This document shows positions 20,005-28,789 of a stretch of DNA of 64,000 nucleotides, piece after piece. Source of the DNA: an uncultured Bacilli bacterium. Lineage in GTDB: Bacteria; Bacillota_I; Bacilli_A; RF39; UBA660. Position 1 is the stretch's first letter. Each line of letters starts with the position of its first letter. Made by a program: the position numbers and the translations under genes. The stretch spans positions 30,970 through 94,969 of the forward strand of contig CAKPGT010000003.1 in assembly GCA_934155185.1 (NCBI GenBank), read 5' to 3'. The notes under the pieces were generated by a model. That model had not been told where the DNA came from. It made no database searches and saw only the letters and a program-made list of their open reading frames with translations.

Positions 20005-20397
20005 CCACTTATTGGAATATGTGCAGGATTCAATAATATCTCAAGGGCTTTAGGCACGGGTATAATTGAAGATAAAACAAAAAGTCACGATATATATGAT
20101 AAAAATTATAGACATGAAGTTACATTAATAAACGGTACAAAACTATATGACCTGGTAAATAAAGACAAATATAATGTAAATAGTATTCATGCGATGATAG
20201 CACTTAAAGAAAATGTTGAAGGTTATGCAAAAATATCAACTATTTCTTATGATGGATTAGTAGGAAGTTTTGAATTGGATAATAAAAAATTTGCAATGAG
20301 AATAAAATGGCACCCAGAATTAATGATAGATGATGATGTTGAACCAAGCATTAAGTTAGTAAAACGTATTAAATCTAGAATTAATAAAGATAAATAA
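20005..20397 (+). pseudogene. 5'-truncated class I glutamine amidotransferase / peptidase C26 (PuuD-like) fragment
   Basis: Frame opens at PLIGICAGFNNI (nucleophile-elbow Cys), then VNSIHAMI and IKWHPE motifs. The N-terminal ~80 aa are missing and a stop lies at 20002. Confidence 0.65.
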
Positions 20398-20461
20398 GTG
20401 GATACACAAGGTAAAGTATATATATGACAAAAAGGGTGACTAATTAGTCATCCTTTTTCAG

Positions 20462-20614
20462 TTACTTAGACATTGGTTTTTTTTCCTCATTTAATTTATA
20501 TTCAAGCAGTACAGAATTAACGGCATCCTTTATCAAATAATCATCACTTATTTGGAAGGATTCTTTTTCTACACCATTAATATTATATTTAAAAGTCTTT
20601 TTATCATAATTCAT
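20462..20614 (-). CDS. small hypothetical protein (50 aa), absent from the ORF track
   Basis: ATG-to-TAA ORF MNYDKKTFKYNINGVEKESFQISDDYLIKDAVNSVLLEYKLNEEKKPMSK with a GGAG-like SD (AAGGAGATGA) upstream. No homology recognised. Confidence 0.3.
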   Translation of the reverse strand: MNYDKKTFKYNINGVEKESFQISDDYLIKDAVNSVLLEYKLNEEKKPMSK

Positions 20615-20771
20615 TCTATCATCTCCTTAAAATACAATACAATTATATCGTACGTGAGATTATTCTTGCAATCTAGCAAATATAAGGTATTAAAAAGCAT
20701 TGCATAATATAATAAAAAATTATATTATATTTATAGTTAATGCATTTTTAAGAAAGGAAAGAGTTATTAAG

Positions 20772-21254
20772 ATGGATAAAAATTGTGTAGAAGTAAATAT
20801 TTCGGATTATAGTTTTCTAAGACTTTTGGTTTCTTCAATTATATTAAAAGGACAAAATCCAATAATTGTAAATAATAAGTTAGAAAGAAATTTGTATAGT
20901 TTTTTTAATAGGGAACAATACAACTTTTTGTTTGAAGATATTTGCAAAAAAAGTGATGTTTTTTGTGAAAATGACTACGTTGATTTAAGTCGCGCGTTTC
21001 AGCAGGCATATGCATTGGGATTAATTTTCCAGGTTCATAGTTGTCTAAATGAAATGAGAACAGTAATAAACATTTCGATGGATGAAGCTAAGCAAATACA
21101 GTCTCAATATAGTCAGGAGCAAATCAAAGCTATGTCTAATATGGTTGATGAAATGTTTAAATTAAGAATAGATAAAGGTTCAGATAAATTTGTGGAAAAT
21201 GATTTAATTAATGAGGTGCCAGCCTTAAAAAAAGACAGAAAATTTGGCAAATAA
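20772..21254 (+). CDS. hypothetical protein
   Basis: 160-aa ORF from ATG 20772, preceded by a purine-rich SD. No recognisable motif. Confidence 0.4.
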   Translation: MDKNCVEVNISDYSFLRLLVSSIILKGQNPIIVNNKLERNLYSFFNREQYNFLFEDICKKSDVFCENDYVDLSRAFQQAYALGLIFQVHSCLNEMRTVINISMDEAKQIQSQYSQEQIKAMSNMVDEMFKLRIDKGSDKFVENDLINEVPALKKDRKFGK

Positions 21255-21332
21255 CTAATTTTTATAACGATAATACTACTCATTTTCTTAATATTAAATA
21301 TTATTAAGGTAAAAAATAGGGAGGAATATTAA

Positions 21333-21746
21333 TTGAATAAAATAATACCAATTGTTTTTAATATAAATGAGTTAGAAGCAAGTGCAAAAAATAGTGATGG
21401 ATTATCTTGCTATATATTAGGTAGAAGCTATGATAGTGGTGAAAATGGTGTTAAACAAAATTTTGAAAAAGCTTTATACTGGTATAATAAGGGAAAATTA
21501 CTTGGTGATCCCAGATGAATTTATGGCGTTGGCGCTTGTTATTACTTTGGTGATGGTATAGAACAAGATGAAGATCAAGCATATCAACTTTTTGTTAAAG
21601 CATATCAGCCTTTATTAGAATCAATAGAGCAAGAAAAAGATACGCCAAATAAGCAAGCGTTTTCTATATTTTGTTTAGGAGCATATTATTATTTTAATAA
21701 ACAAAATTATGAGTATATAGGTTTAGATTTTTTAAAAAAATGTTGA
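21333..21746 (+). pseudogene. Sel1-repeat protein gene with an in-frame TGA and a chimeric 3' end
   Basis: Sel1-like units (YILGRSYDSGENGVKQNFEKALYWYNKG; YGVGACYYFGDGIEQDEDQAYQLF). In-frame TGA at 21516-21518. The last ~18 codons duplicate part of the methyltransferase gene at 23297..23351. Confidence 0.6.
21689..21742 (+). repeat. 54-bp direct repeat, copy 1 (pairs with 23297..23351)
   Basis: TTATTTTAATAAACAAAATTATGAGTATATAGGTTTAGATTTT(T/C)AAAAAAA(A)TG is near-identical in both copies, with one substitution and one A-run length difference. Confidence 0.85.
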
Positions 21747-21756
21747 GGAGGAATAA

Positions 21757-23103
21757 ATGGCAGAATTAAAAGTTTTAAATCAAAAAATTTCTTATTTTAA
21801 AATAGAAGATGAAGATTATATTTCTATTACAGATATGCTTAAATCTAAAGATGGTGATTTCTTCGTATCTGATTGGTTGAGAAATAGAAATACTATCGAA
21901 TTTTTAGGTATTTGGGAAGAAATTCATAATCCTAATTTTAATTATGGCGAATTCGCCATAATTAAAAGTCAAGCAGGTTTAAATAGTTATAAAATTAGTG
22001 TTAAAGAATGGGTAGAAAAAACAAATGCAATTGGTATAATGTCAAAAGCAGGAAGATATGGTGGAACTTATGCCCATAAAGATATCGCTTTTGAATTTGG
22101 TATGTGGATTAGTCCAAAGTTTAAATTATTACTTATTAAAGAATTTGAAAGACTAAAAGCAGAAGAGCAAAAACAACTTGGCTGGAATGCAAAACGTGAA
22201 CTTTCAAAGATTAATTACAGAATACATACTGATGCAATAAAACAGAATTTAATACCTAATGAGTTAACAAAAGAACAAATTAATTATGTATATGCTGAAG
22301 AAGCTGATGTTTTAAATATGGCTCTATTTGGTATGACTGCTAAAGAATGGAGAAATAAAAATAAGAATCTAGATGGTAACATTAGAGATCATGCAACTAT
22401 AAATGAATTAATATGTTTAGCAAATTTAGAAAATCTTAATTCGGTATTTATAAATGATGGATTAAATCAATCTAAAAGACTTGTTAGACTTAATAAAATA
22501 GCAATATCTCAAATGAAAATTTTAAATGATAGCGATGTAAAGTATTTAAAAGGAGATGAAATGAATGAAAATTATGTAATAATTCATGGTAGTTTTGGTT
22601 CAAATGAAGGTAATTGGTTCCCTTGGTTAAAAGAACAGCTAGAGACAAAAGGAAAACAAGTTTTTGTTCCACAAATGCCAGTTGGTGTAGGAAATCAAAA
22701 CTTTGAAAATTGGTCTAATGTATTAAATCAATTAGATATAAATGAAAATGCAGTTATTATAGCTCATAGCATAGCACCTATATTTGTATGTAAATATCTA
22801 ATAACGAATCAGATAAAAGTAAAGAAGTTAATATTTGTATGTGGTTTTAACAATTATTTAGGGATTGATTCTGATTTTGATGCTGTTAATAAACCGATGT
22901 TTATTAATAACTATGCAGATGTAAAACTATATTGTAAAGATATAGTTTGTTATTATTCTGACAATGATCCATATGTTAAATATGATGTTGAAAAAGAATT
23001 TGCTGACAAACTTACTGATAAACAGTATGTTATAAAAAATGGTGGGCATATAAATGCAGAAACCGGTTATACAAAGTTTGAAGAAATTTTGAAGGAGATA
23101 TAA
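21757..23103 (+). CDS. KilA-N domain protein fused in frame to a YdeN/RBBP9-like alpha/beta serine hydrolase
   Basis: The N-terminal 140 aa match the KilA-N family (ISITDMLKSKDG..WLRNRNTIEFLGIWE..AGRYGGTYAHKDIAFEFGMWISP). The C-terminal 180 aa carry IIHGSFGS and AHSIAP (GxSxG-like). An internal SD AGGAG plus ATG lies at 22551/22561. Confidence 0.75.
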   Translation: MAELKVLNQKISYFKIEDEDYISITDMLKSKDGDFFVSDWLRNRNTIEFLGIWEEIHNPNFNYGEFAIIKSQAGLNSYKISVKEWVEKTNAIGIMSKAGRYGGTYAHKDIAFEFGMWISPKFKLLLIKEFERLKAEEQKQLGWNAKRELSKINYRIHTDAIKQNLIPNELTKEQINYVYAEEADVLNMALFGMTAKEWRNKNKNLDGNIRDHATINELICLANLENLNSVFINDGLNQSKRLVRLNKIAISQMKILNDSDVKYLKGDEMNENYVIIHGSFGSNEGNWFPWLKEQLETKGKQVFVPQMPVGVGNQNFENWSNVLNQLDINENAVIIAHSIAPIFVCKYLITNQIKVKKLIFVCGFNNYLGIDSDFDAVNKPMFINNYADVKLYCKDIVCYYSDNDPYVKYDVEKEFADKLTDKQYVIKNGGHINAETGYTKFEEILKEI

Positions 23104-23105
23104 TA

Positions 23106-23777
23106 GTGGATATTACTAAAAGTTCCTTTGATAAAAGACAATCTGTTCAAAAAAATTATGATTTGATAGCAGAACAATATAGTAATGAATTTGGAACTTA
23201 TATTGAAGATTTAGATGTATATGAAAAATTTGAACAACATCTAGTTGAAAACGCTAAAATTTTAGATTTAGGTGCAGGCTCTGTAAGAACATATTCTTAT
23301 TTTAATAAACAAAATTATGAGTATATAGGTTTAGATTTTTCAAAAAAAATGAAAGATTGTGCATATAATTTACATGGGGAATTTCCATATATTGTAGACG
23401 ATATGGTTAATGTAAAAAAGTATTTTTCTAATAATTCATTAGATGCTGTTTTTGCTGTTTATTCTCTATTTCATTTACCTAAGAATGATTTTAATAATTT
23501 ATTTTCAGATGTATATGATATTTTAAAAGTTAATGGTTTATTTTTATTTACATACCAAATAGGTCAAGGTAAAGATATGGCAGATGAACCATATTTAAAT
23601 GAAAAAGGTAAAAACTCATTATATATGTGCTATCATACAAATGAAGAAATAAATGATTTACTTCATTCTTTTTCATATACAGAATTATTTAAAAAGCAAA
23701 AAATAGAAATATCTCCTTCAGCTATTAACAGTAATAGTGTTACAACTGTCTTTATACTGGCTAAAAAGATTAAATGA
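23106..23777 (+). CDS. class I SAM-dependent methyltransferase
   Basis: Motif I ILDLGAGSVR, an acidic loop GLDFS, and a motif post-II region. Confidence 0.8.
   Translation: MDITKSSFDKRQSVQKNYDLIAEQYSNEFGTYIEDLDVYEKFEQHLVENAKILDLGAGSVRTYSYFNKQNYEYIGLDFSKKMKDCAYNLHGEFPYIVDDMVNVKKYFSNNSLDAVFAVYSLFHLPKNDFNNLFSDVYDILKVNGLFLFTYQIGQGKDMADEPYLNEKGKNSLYMCYHTNEEINDLLHSFSYTELFKKQKIEISPSAINSNSVTTVFILAKKIK
23297..23351 (+). repeat. 54-bp direct repeat, copy 2 (inside the methyltransferase CDS)
   Basis: See copy 1 at 21689..21742. Confidence 0.85.
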
Positions 23778-24134
23778 TTCTATTGGGATTGAGGGACCCA
23801 TAGTAGAATTTGTATGGGAGTACAAATTCAGTGCTGGCTAGACATAGATTTTATTCCCATATTCAAAAAAAGAGGATTAAATTATTTTGATAATTTTTTA
23901 CTCTTTTTTGAAAATCATTTATATAAAATAAAAACTTACGAACAATTAAGTCCGTAAGTTGATTTCAAATGGATCATTTGATAGGAAGGTTTTAAACCTT
24001 TTATCAAAAAAAATATCCCTCACTTGTTAAATTAATTATATGATAAATTCTTATATAAATCAATAGTCGCATAGGAATTTCTTGGTATTTATAGTATAAT
24101 TATATTAAGAAAAATCTTATTAAGGAGGGATTTT

Positions 24135-25154
24135 ATGCTAGAAAATAACGATAAATATTTTGAAGTATTAAATGATATTAAGAAAACTTTAATTGTTACT
24201 AGAAATAAAATAGTTGAAAACGCAAATAAAGATTTAGTTTTAATGTATTATAATATCGGTTTAAAGTTAATTGAAAATAATAAATGGGGTTCATCTTTTA
24301 TTGATACATTAGCAAAGGATTTAAAAATTGAATTTCCTACATTAAAAGGTATGTCTGCAAGAAATTTGAGATATATGCAAAAGTTTGCAACAGAATTTGA
24401 TAATGATGAATTTTTGCAACATCATGTTGCAAAATTACCTTGGTCTTCTATAACAACTATAATGGATCAAGTCAAAGATAAAGGGCAAAGAAATTGGTAT
24501 ATTACGGAAGCTATTCAAAATGGTTGGGCTAGACCTGTTATAGTTCATCAAATTGCAAGTAAGTTATATGAAAGACAAGCATTATTAGAAAATAAAACTA
24601 CTAATTTTGATGAAACCTTACCATCTCCAAATAATGAGCAAGCAAAAGAGTTATTAAAAAATCCATATATATTTGACTTTATAACTGCTGATAAAGATTT
24701 AAAAGAATTAGATATTGAAAGAGAACTGACTGCTAATATAACTAAGTTATTATTAGAGTTAGGAAATGGTTTTGCATTTGTCGGAAGACAATATCATTTG
24801 GAAATAGAAAATGAAGATTACTATATTGATTTGTTGTTCTATAATTTAAAAGTAAGAAGTTATGTTGTAATAGAATTAAAGACAACTGAATTTAAACCGG
24901 AATATGCAGGTAAACTTAATTTCTATTTGAGTGCAGTAGATAAATATATTAAAGATGAAAATGATAATCCTACATTTGGAATATTACTTTGCAAAGATAA
25001 AAAAAGAGTAACTGCTGAATTAGCATTAAAAGATATTAATAAACCTATCGGTGTAAGTGAATATAAAATTTTGTCAGAGATACCTGAGTTTTTAGAAAAT
25101 ACTCTTCCAAGTATCGAAGATATAGAAAAGAGATTGGAGGAAGATTCTGAATGA
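24135..25154 (+). CDS. DUF1016 / YhcG-like PD-(D/E)XK nuclease, paralogue 1
   Basis: Family hallmarks: NLRYMQKFA, LPWSSI, ELGNGFAFVGRQY, YYIDLLFYN and VVIELK (D...E-x-K core). Confidence 0.85.
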   Translation: MLENNDKYFEVLNDIKKTLIVTRNKIVENANKDLVLMYYNIGLKLIENNKWGSSFIDTLAKDLKIEFPTLKGMSARNLRYMQKFATEFDNDEFLQHHVAKLPWSSITTIMDQVKDKGQRNWYITEAIQNGWARPVIVHQIASKLYERQALLENKTTNFDETLPSPNNEQAKELLKNPYIFDFITADKDLKELDIERELTANITKLLLELGNGFAFVGRQYHLEIENEDYYIDLLFYNLKVRSYVVIELKTTEFKPEYAGKLNFYLSAVDKYIKDENDNPTFGILLCKDKKRVTAELALKDINKPIGVSEYKILSEIPEFLENTLPSIEDIEKRLEEDSE

Positions 25155-25492
25155 ATATAAATATTAATAGAGTAAAAATTATTGTTACTATACCATTAGA
25201 AAACGTAGAAGAAGTTAGAAATGCTATATGCGAAGCTGGTGCAGGTGTTATTGGTAATTATACTCATTGCTCAATGTCTACTAAATGCGTAGGAACATTT
25301 AAACCAACTGATGAAGCAAGTCCATATATTGGAGAAAAAAATAACTTAGAATTTGTTGATGAAGAAAAGTTAGAAGTTGTTTGTGATGTTAAGAAAGTAA
25401 AAGAAGTTATTTTGATGTTAAGAAAGGTACATCCTTATGAAGAACCTGCAACAGATATTATTCCTTTAATTGATGAAAGTTATTTTGAATAA
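25151..25492 (+). CDS. PII-like small protein related to the NIF3/YqfO insert domain (COG3323-like)
   Basis: 113 aa with IIVTIP..VEEVRNAICEAGAG.IGNY..CS....G.FKP......PYIGE.......EE.KLE. and HPYEEPA. The ATGA start overlaps the stop of the DUF1016 gene. Confidence 0.5.
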   Translation: MNININRVKIIVTIPLENVEEVRNAICEAGAGVIGNYTHCSMSTKCVGTFKPTDEASPYIGEKNNLEFVDEEKLEVVCDVKKVKEVILMLRKVHPYEEPATDIIPLIDESYFE

Positions 25493-25506
25493 ATAGGGGC
25501 AAGATT

Positions 25507-25752
25507 ATGAAAAAGAATTATTTATTAGTACATGGAAGTTTTGGAAATCCATTTTCAAATTGGATTCCATATTTAAGAAAGAAAATTGAAGATAAAAATT
25601 TATAAGTTTATACTCCGGATTTCCCAACTGGCGTTGGTTATCAAAATTGTGAAAATTGGTTTAAACTTTTAAAGACATATGTTGATGCAAATATTATTAA
25701 TGCAAATACAATTATATTTGCTCATTCTATTGGTGTTAGTATAGATATATAG
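25507..25752 (+). pseudogene. truncated YdeN-like alpha/beta hydrolase paralogue with an in-frame TAA
   Basis: MKKNYLLVHGSFGNPFSNWIPYL ... FAHSIG parallels the C-terminal half of 21757..23103. In-frame TAA at 25603-25605 and premature end at 25752. Confidence 0.6.
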
Positions 25753-25775
25753 ACACGAAAATCTGTATAACATGA

Positions 25776-25925
25776 GAATGCAAGTATCATATAGTATTTG
25801 CATTAAAATTTAAAAGATAGAAAATATATGGGCGTTGAAACAATTCGTTCAAAAATATTTCAAGGAACACGGTGATGATATTAGAAAGGTATCATATATT
25901 GTCTATGAAGATAGAGCCGAATATT
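25776..25925 (+). mobile_element. degraded IS200/IS605-type TnpA (Y1 transposase) remnant
   Basis: One frame reads CKYHIVFALKFKR*KIYGR, against the conserved TnpA CKYHIVFxPKYRRxVIYG. Downstream is heavily decayed. Confidence 0.4.
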
Positions 25926-26077
25926 TAGTTAATGATTGGTATTTGTTTGTAGTGAAAAATTAAATAAATCTTATGTCAATATTTTTTTCTTAATTTTGGT
26001 CTTGTTTTATGCCAAAATGGCATTGATTTAAACAATATGGCATTGACAATTAATATCTGAAAAAACTTATAAAATAG

Positions 26078-26102
26078 AAAAAAACGTTGATTTCTCAACG
26101 TT
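26078..26102 (-). terminator. intrinsic terminator downstream of tRNA-Gly
   Basis: AACGTTGA / TCAACGTT 8-bp stem with a 4-nt loop. The A-run on the plus strand is a U-run on the tRNA strand. Confidence 0.65.
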
Positions 26103-26113
26103 CAGTTTTTTTA

Positions 26114-26187
26114 TGGAGCAGGTGAGGAGAATCGAACTCCCGTATCAAGCTTGGAAGGCTTGGGTTCTACCATTAAACTACACCTGC
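26114..26187 (-). tRNA. tRNA-Gly (anticodon UCC)
   Basis: Reverse complement GCAGGTGTAGTTTAATGGTAGAACCCAAGCCTTCCAAGCTTGATACGGGAGTTCGATTCTCCTCACCTGCTCCA. 7-bp acceptor stem, anticodon stem CAAGC/GCTTG with loop CTTCCAA, T-loop GTTCGATTC and encoded CCA. Confidence 0.95.
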
Positions 26188-26313
26188 AATCAAGTAGGCA
26201 ATTCTAATTATACTTATTTTTAAGACTATGTCAATAGAATTTATAAAAAAAGTTGAAAAACCATGCCTGCCTAATTATTATATGTAAATTAATATTTTGT
26301 TATTCATACAATT

Positions 26314-27372
26314 ATGATAAAATTAGTTAGAGGAGTTATTAAGATGATAGTAAATATTTTAGTTTTGGTTATACTTATATTAATTAATGGAATTTTATCA
26401 GCTAGTGAACTTGCGTTCTTATCACTAGAAAAATTTGAACTAGATAAAATGATAAGAAAAAAGAAAAAGAACGCAAAGAAAATAAAAAAGGTGCTAGATA
26501 ATCCAAGTAATTTTTTGTCTACTATACAAGTTGGAATAACACTTGCGGGATTTTTATCAAGTGCGTTTGCCGCATCAACATTTGCAGATGAAATAATGAA
26601 AACTGGATTTATGATAGTAAGTCCAAATTTTACTAATGCTTTTTTAATAATTATTATAACAATAATATTATCTTATTTTACACTGGTGTTTGGTGAATTA
26701 GTGCCAAAAAAGATTGCTCTTTCTAGTCCATTTATGGTTGCAAGTTTTTCTGTTAATTTAATTAAGATTATGCAGGTATTATTTTTCCCACTCATAAAGC
26801 TTTTATCAATATCAACTGACTTAATTTGTAAGATGCTTAATATTGAGAAAAAAGAAGAAGACTTTACTGAAGATGATATAAAAAGAATTATAATAACAGG
26901 AACAAAGGACGGAATAATTGAAAAGAAAGAAAAAGAATATATATTTAATATATTTAAGTTTAATGATACAACGGTTGACAAGGTAATGACCCCAAAAGAT
27001 GAATGCATATTAATTAACGTTAACACTAAGTTTGGTGCGCTTCTTAAAAGACTGAAAAAAACAAAGTTTACAAGATACCCTGTATATGATGGAAATACAA
27101 ATAATATAATAGGTATCTTTAATGTAAAAGACTACATTATGTATAAGAAAGACAACGATGATTTTAATTTAAGAAACCTTCTTTTTGATGTTAGAAAATT
27201 TAATTATGACGAAAAAATAGATGATGTTTTTGCTACCATGCAAAAAGAGCATGTTCAGATGGCTATTGTAACTAAAAAAGATGAATTCATAGGAATTATA
27301 ACTTTAGAAGATGCTGTTGAAGAAGTATTAGGAAAAATATATGATGAGTATTATGAGGAAGATGATGATTAA
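26314..27372 (+). CDS. CNNM/DUF21 transmembrane domain plus CBS-pair protein (TlyC/CorB-like)
   Basis: Four N-terminal TM helices with GELVPKKIA, followed by tandem CBS motifs. There is no CorC_HlyC C-terminal domain. The real start may be ATG 26344. Confidence 0.85.
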   Translation: MIKLVRGVIKMIVNILVLVILILINGILSASELAFLSLEKFELDKMIRKKKKNAKKIKKVLDNPSNFLSTIQVGITLAGFLSSAFAASTFADEIMKTGFMIVSPNFTNAFLIIIITIILSYFTLVFGELVPKKIALSSPFMVASFSVNLIKIMQVLFFPLIKLLSISTDLICKMLNIEKKEEDFTEDDIKRIIITGTKDGIIEKKEKEYIFNIFKFNDTTVDKVMTPKDECILINVNTKFGALLKRLKKTKFTRYPVYDGNTNNIIGIFNVKDYIMYKKDNDDFNLRNLLFDVRKFNYDEKIDDVFATMQKEHVQMAIVTKKDEFIGIITLEDAVEEVLGKIYDEYYEEDDD

Positions 27373-27442
27373 ATCATCTTTTTTTGGTTTATAACCCAGC
27401 CTAATTTTTAATTAGATGTATATAATAGGCTAGGAGGTAAAA

Positions 27443-27952
27443 ATGATGGAAAATTATTCTAGTTATAACTTAGATGACATTTTAGTAAGAACATTTATGA
27501 TGCCTGCTGTGATGCCAAATGAATACACTAACATGAATATGCTACCAAAAACTAATGCTGAAATATACATGAATAACAATAACAATAATCTATCCTATAA
27601 TTCGAAGTTTTTAAATCCAGAGGAAGGATTTTTAAAAGGAAATATGGAAAGAGGAACATATGAGCCATATAGAAATATGACTTATATAAAACCAAATATA
27701 ACAAATGAAAGAGATATGATGTTATATAAAATACAACAAATGGCCTTTGCAGCTCACGATATAAACTTATATTTAGACACTCACCCAAATGATACAAATT
27801 CTATAAGTCTTTATAACAAGTATAATAAGGAAACAAAAAAGCTTACTAATGAGTATGAAAGAAAATATGGCCCTATTGATTTATCAGATGATGAAGGCTT
27901 AGGGATGACACCTTGGTCTTGGATAAATGAACCTTGGCCATGGAACAAATAA
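27443..27952 (+). CDS. cotJB: spore coat protein CotJB with an N-terminal extension (possible CotJA-CotJB fusion)
   Basis: C-terminal half: MLYKIQQMAFAAHDINLYLDTHPND...YERKYGPI...PWSWINEPWPW (CotJB hallmarks). N-terminal EEGFLKGNMERGTYEPY resembles the CotJA core. Directly upstream of cotJC. Confidence 0.75.
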   Translation: MMENYSSYNLDDILVRTFMMPAVMPNEYTNMNMLPKTNAEIYMNNNNNNLSYNSKFLNPEEGFLKGNMERGTYEPYRNMTYIKPNITNERDMMLYKIQQMAFAAHDINLYLDTHPNDTNSISLYNKYNKETKKLTNEYERKYGPIDLSDDEGLGMTPWSWINEPWPWNK

Positions 27953-27973
27953 TTAAGGAAAGGAAGATAACTT

Positions 27974-28534
27974 ATGTGGAAATATTCTAAAAAACTTCAG
28001 TATCCAATAAACATAAGAAACAAGAATTTAAAGATGGCTAAAACGGTTATTAGCCAGTATGGTGGAGCTCAAGGTGAATTAGGTGCAGCATTAAGATATT
28101 TAAATCAAAGATATACTATGCCAGATGCAAAGGGTAGGGCTTTATTAAACGATATTGGAACTGAAGAACTTGCTCACGTCGAGATGATATGTACAATGGT
28201 ATATCAAATGATGAAAGGTGCAACTCCAAAAGAATTAGAAGAAGCTGGCTTATCAGCTCACTATACAGAACATGGTTTAGCATTATTCCCAAGTGATGCT
28301 AATGGTAATGCATGGACAGCTAATTACATATCTACGACTGGAGATCCTATAGCGGACTTAGAGGAGGATTTAGCTGCAGAACAAAAAGCTCGTGCAGTAT
28401 ATGAAAACTTAATAAATCAAACTAATGACCCCGATATACTAGGACCACTTCTTTGGCTTAGACAAAGGGAAGTAGTTCATTATAACAGATTTAAAGAACT
28501 ATCTGATGAGTATAAGAAAAAAGGATACAATTAA
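27974..28534 (+). CDS. cotJC: spore coat protein CotJC (manganese catalase family)
   Basis: YGGAQGELGAALRYLNQRY, TEELAHVEM and AAEQKARAVYE di-metal ligand helices. Confidence 0.9.
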   Translation: MWKYSKKLQYPINIRNKNLKMAKTVISQYGGAQGELGAALRYLNQRYTMPDAKGRALLNDIGTEELAHVEMICTMVYQMMKGATPKELEEAGLSAHYTEHGLALFPSDANGNAWTANYISTTGDPIADLEEDLAAEQKARAVYENLINQTNDPDILGPLLWLRQREVVHYNRFKELSDEYKKKGYN

Positions 28535-28547
28535 TAAATAATTAATC

Positions 28548-28576
28548 GCTTACGAATATTCGTAAGCTCTTTTTTT
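28548..28576 (+). terminator. perfect 20-nt palindrome GCTTACGAATATTCGTAAGC plus T-run (cotJ operon terminator); copy 1 of a 25-bp repeat
   Basis: 10-bp arms followed by TCTTTTTTT. The 25-mer AATCGCTTACGAATATTCGTAAGCT recurs exactly at 30726..30750. Confidence 0.8.
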
Positions 28577-28789
28577 AAGAATGCTAATAAATTAATTATG
28601 TAGCTATTAAATTGCCATAACAATATTTATTATGATGTTATAGTAATTTAAAATAACTGGACACAATAAAGGCAAAATATTAGTTATAGGAAAGCTTACA
28701 TTGAATAAGAACTTATGTGTAGCATGCAAAACTTGAAAAGCAAAGAAAAACGTGTATAATATTAATACAAGTTTATAAAAGGAGAACCT

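Noticed and set aside
21516-21518. In-frame TGA in the Sel1-repeat gene (and another near 6632 in the Rpn remnant) as possible evidence for TGA recoding, i.e. genetic code 4 or 25.
   Set aside because: All long conserved genes (ffh, PFOR, pflB, essC, proS) are intact under the standard code and use TGG for conserved Trp, for example in the WXG motifs. The TGAs occur only in genes with other signs of decay, so they are read as nonsense mutations.
23943-23968. A third member of the GCTTACGAA...TTCGTAAGC hairpin family (ACTTACG-12 nt-CGTAAGT) as evidence for a dispersed REP-like element.
   Set aside because: Only the 6-7-nt arm core is shared, and the loop and flanks differ. With two exact copies plus one loose match, I cannot distinguish a repeat family from chance in AT-rich terminators.
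26040-26075. A sigma-A-like promoter (TTGACA, about 18 nt, TTATAA) on the plus strand pointing into the antisense of tRNA-Gly.
   Set aside because: The spacing is suboptimal, there is no downstream plus-strand gene before the terminator and tRNA, and such matches are frequent by chance in AT-rich DNA.
19740-26187. Prophage or integrative conjugative element adjacent to tRNA-Gly.
   Set aside because: No integrase, recombinase, capsid, terminase, relaxase or T4SS ORFs are present. Only fragments (ORF6N, KilA-N, an IS200-like remnant) survive, so it is reported merely as a decayed island.
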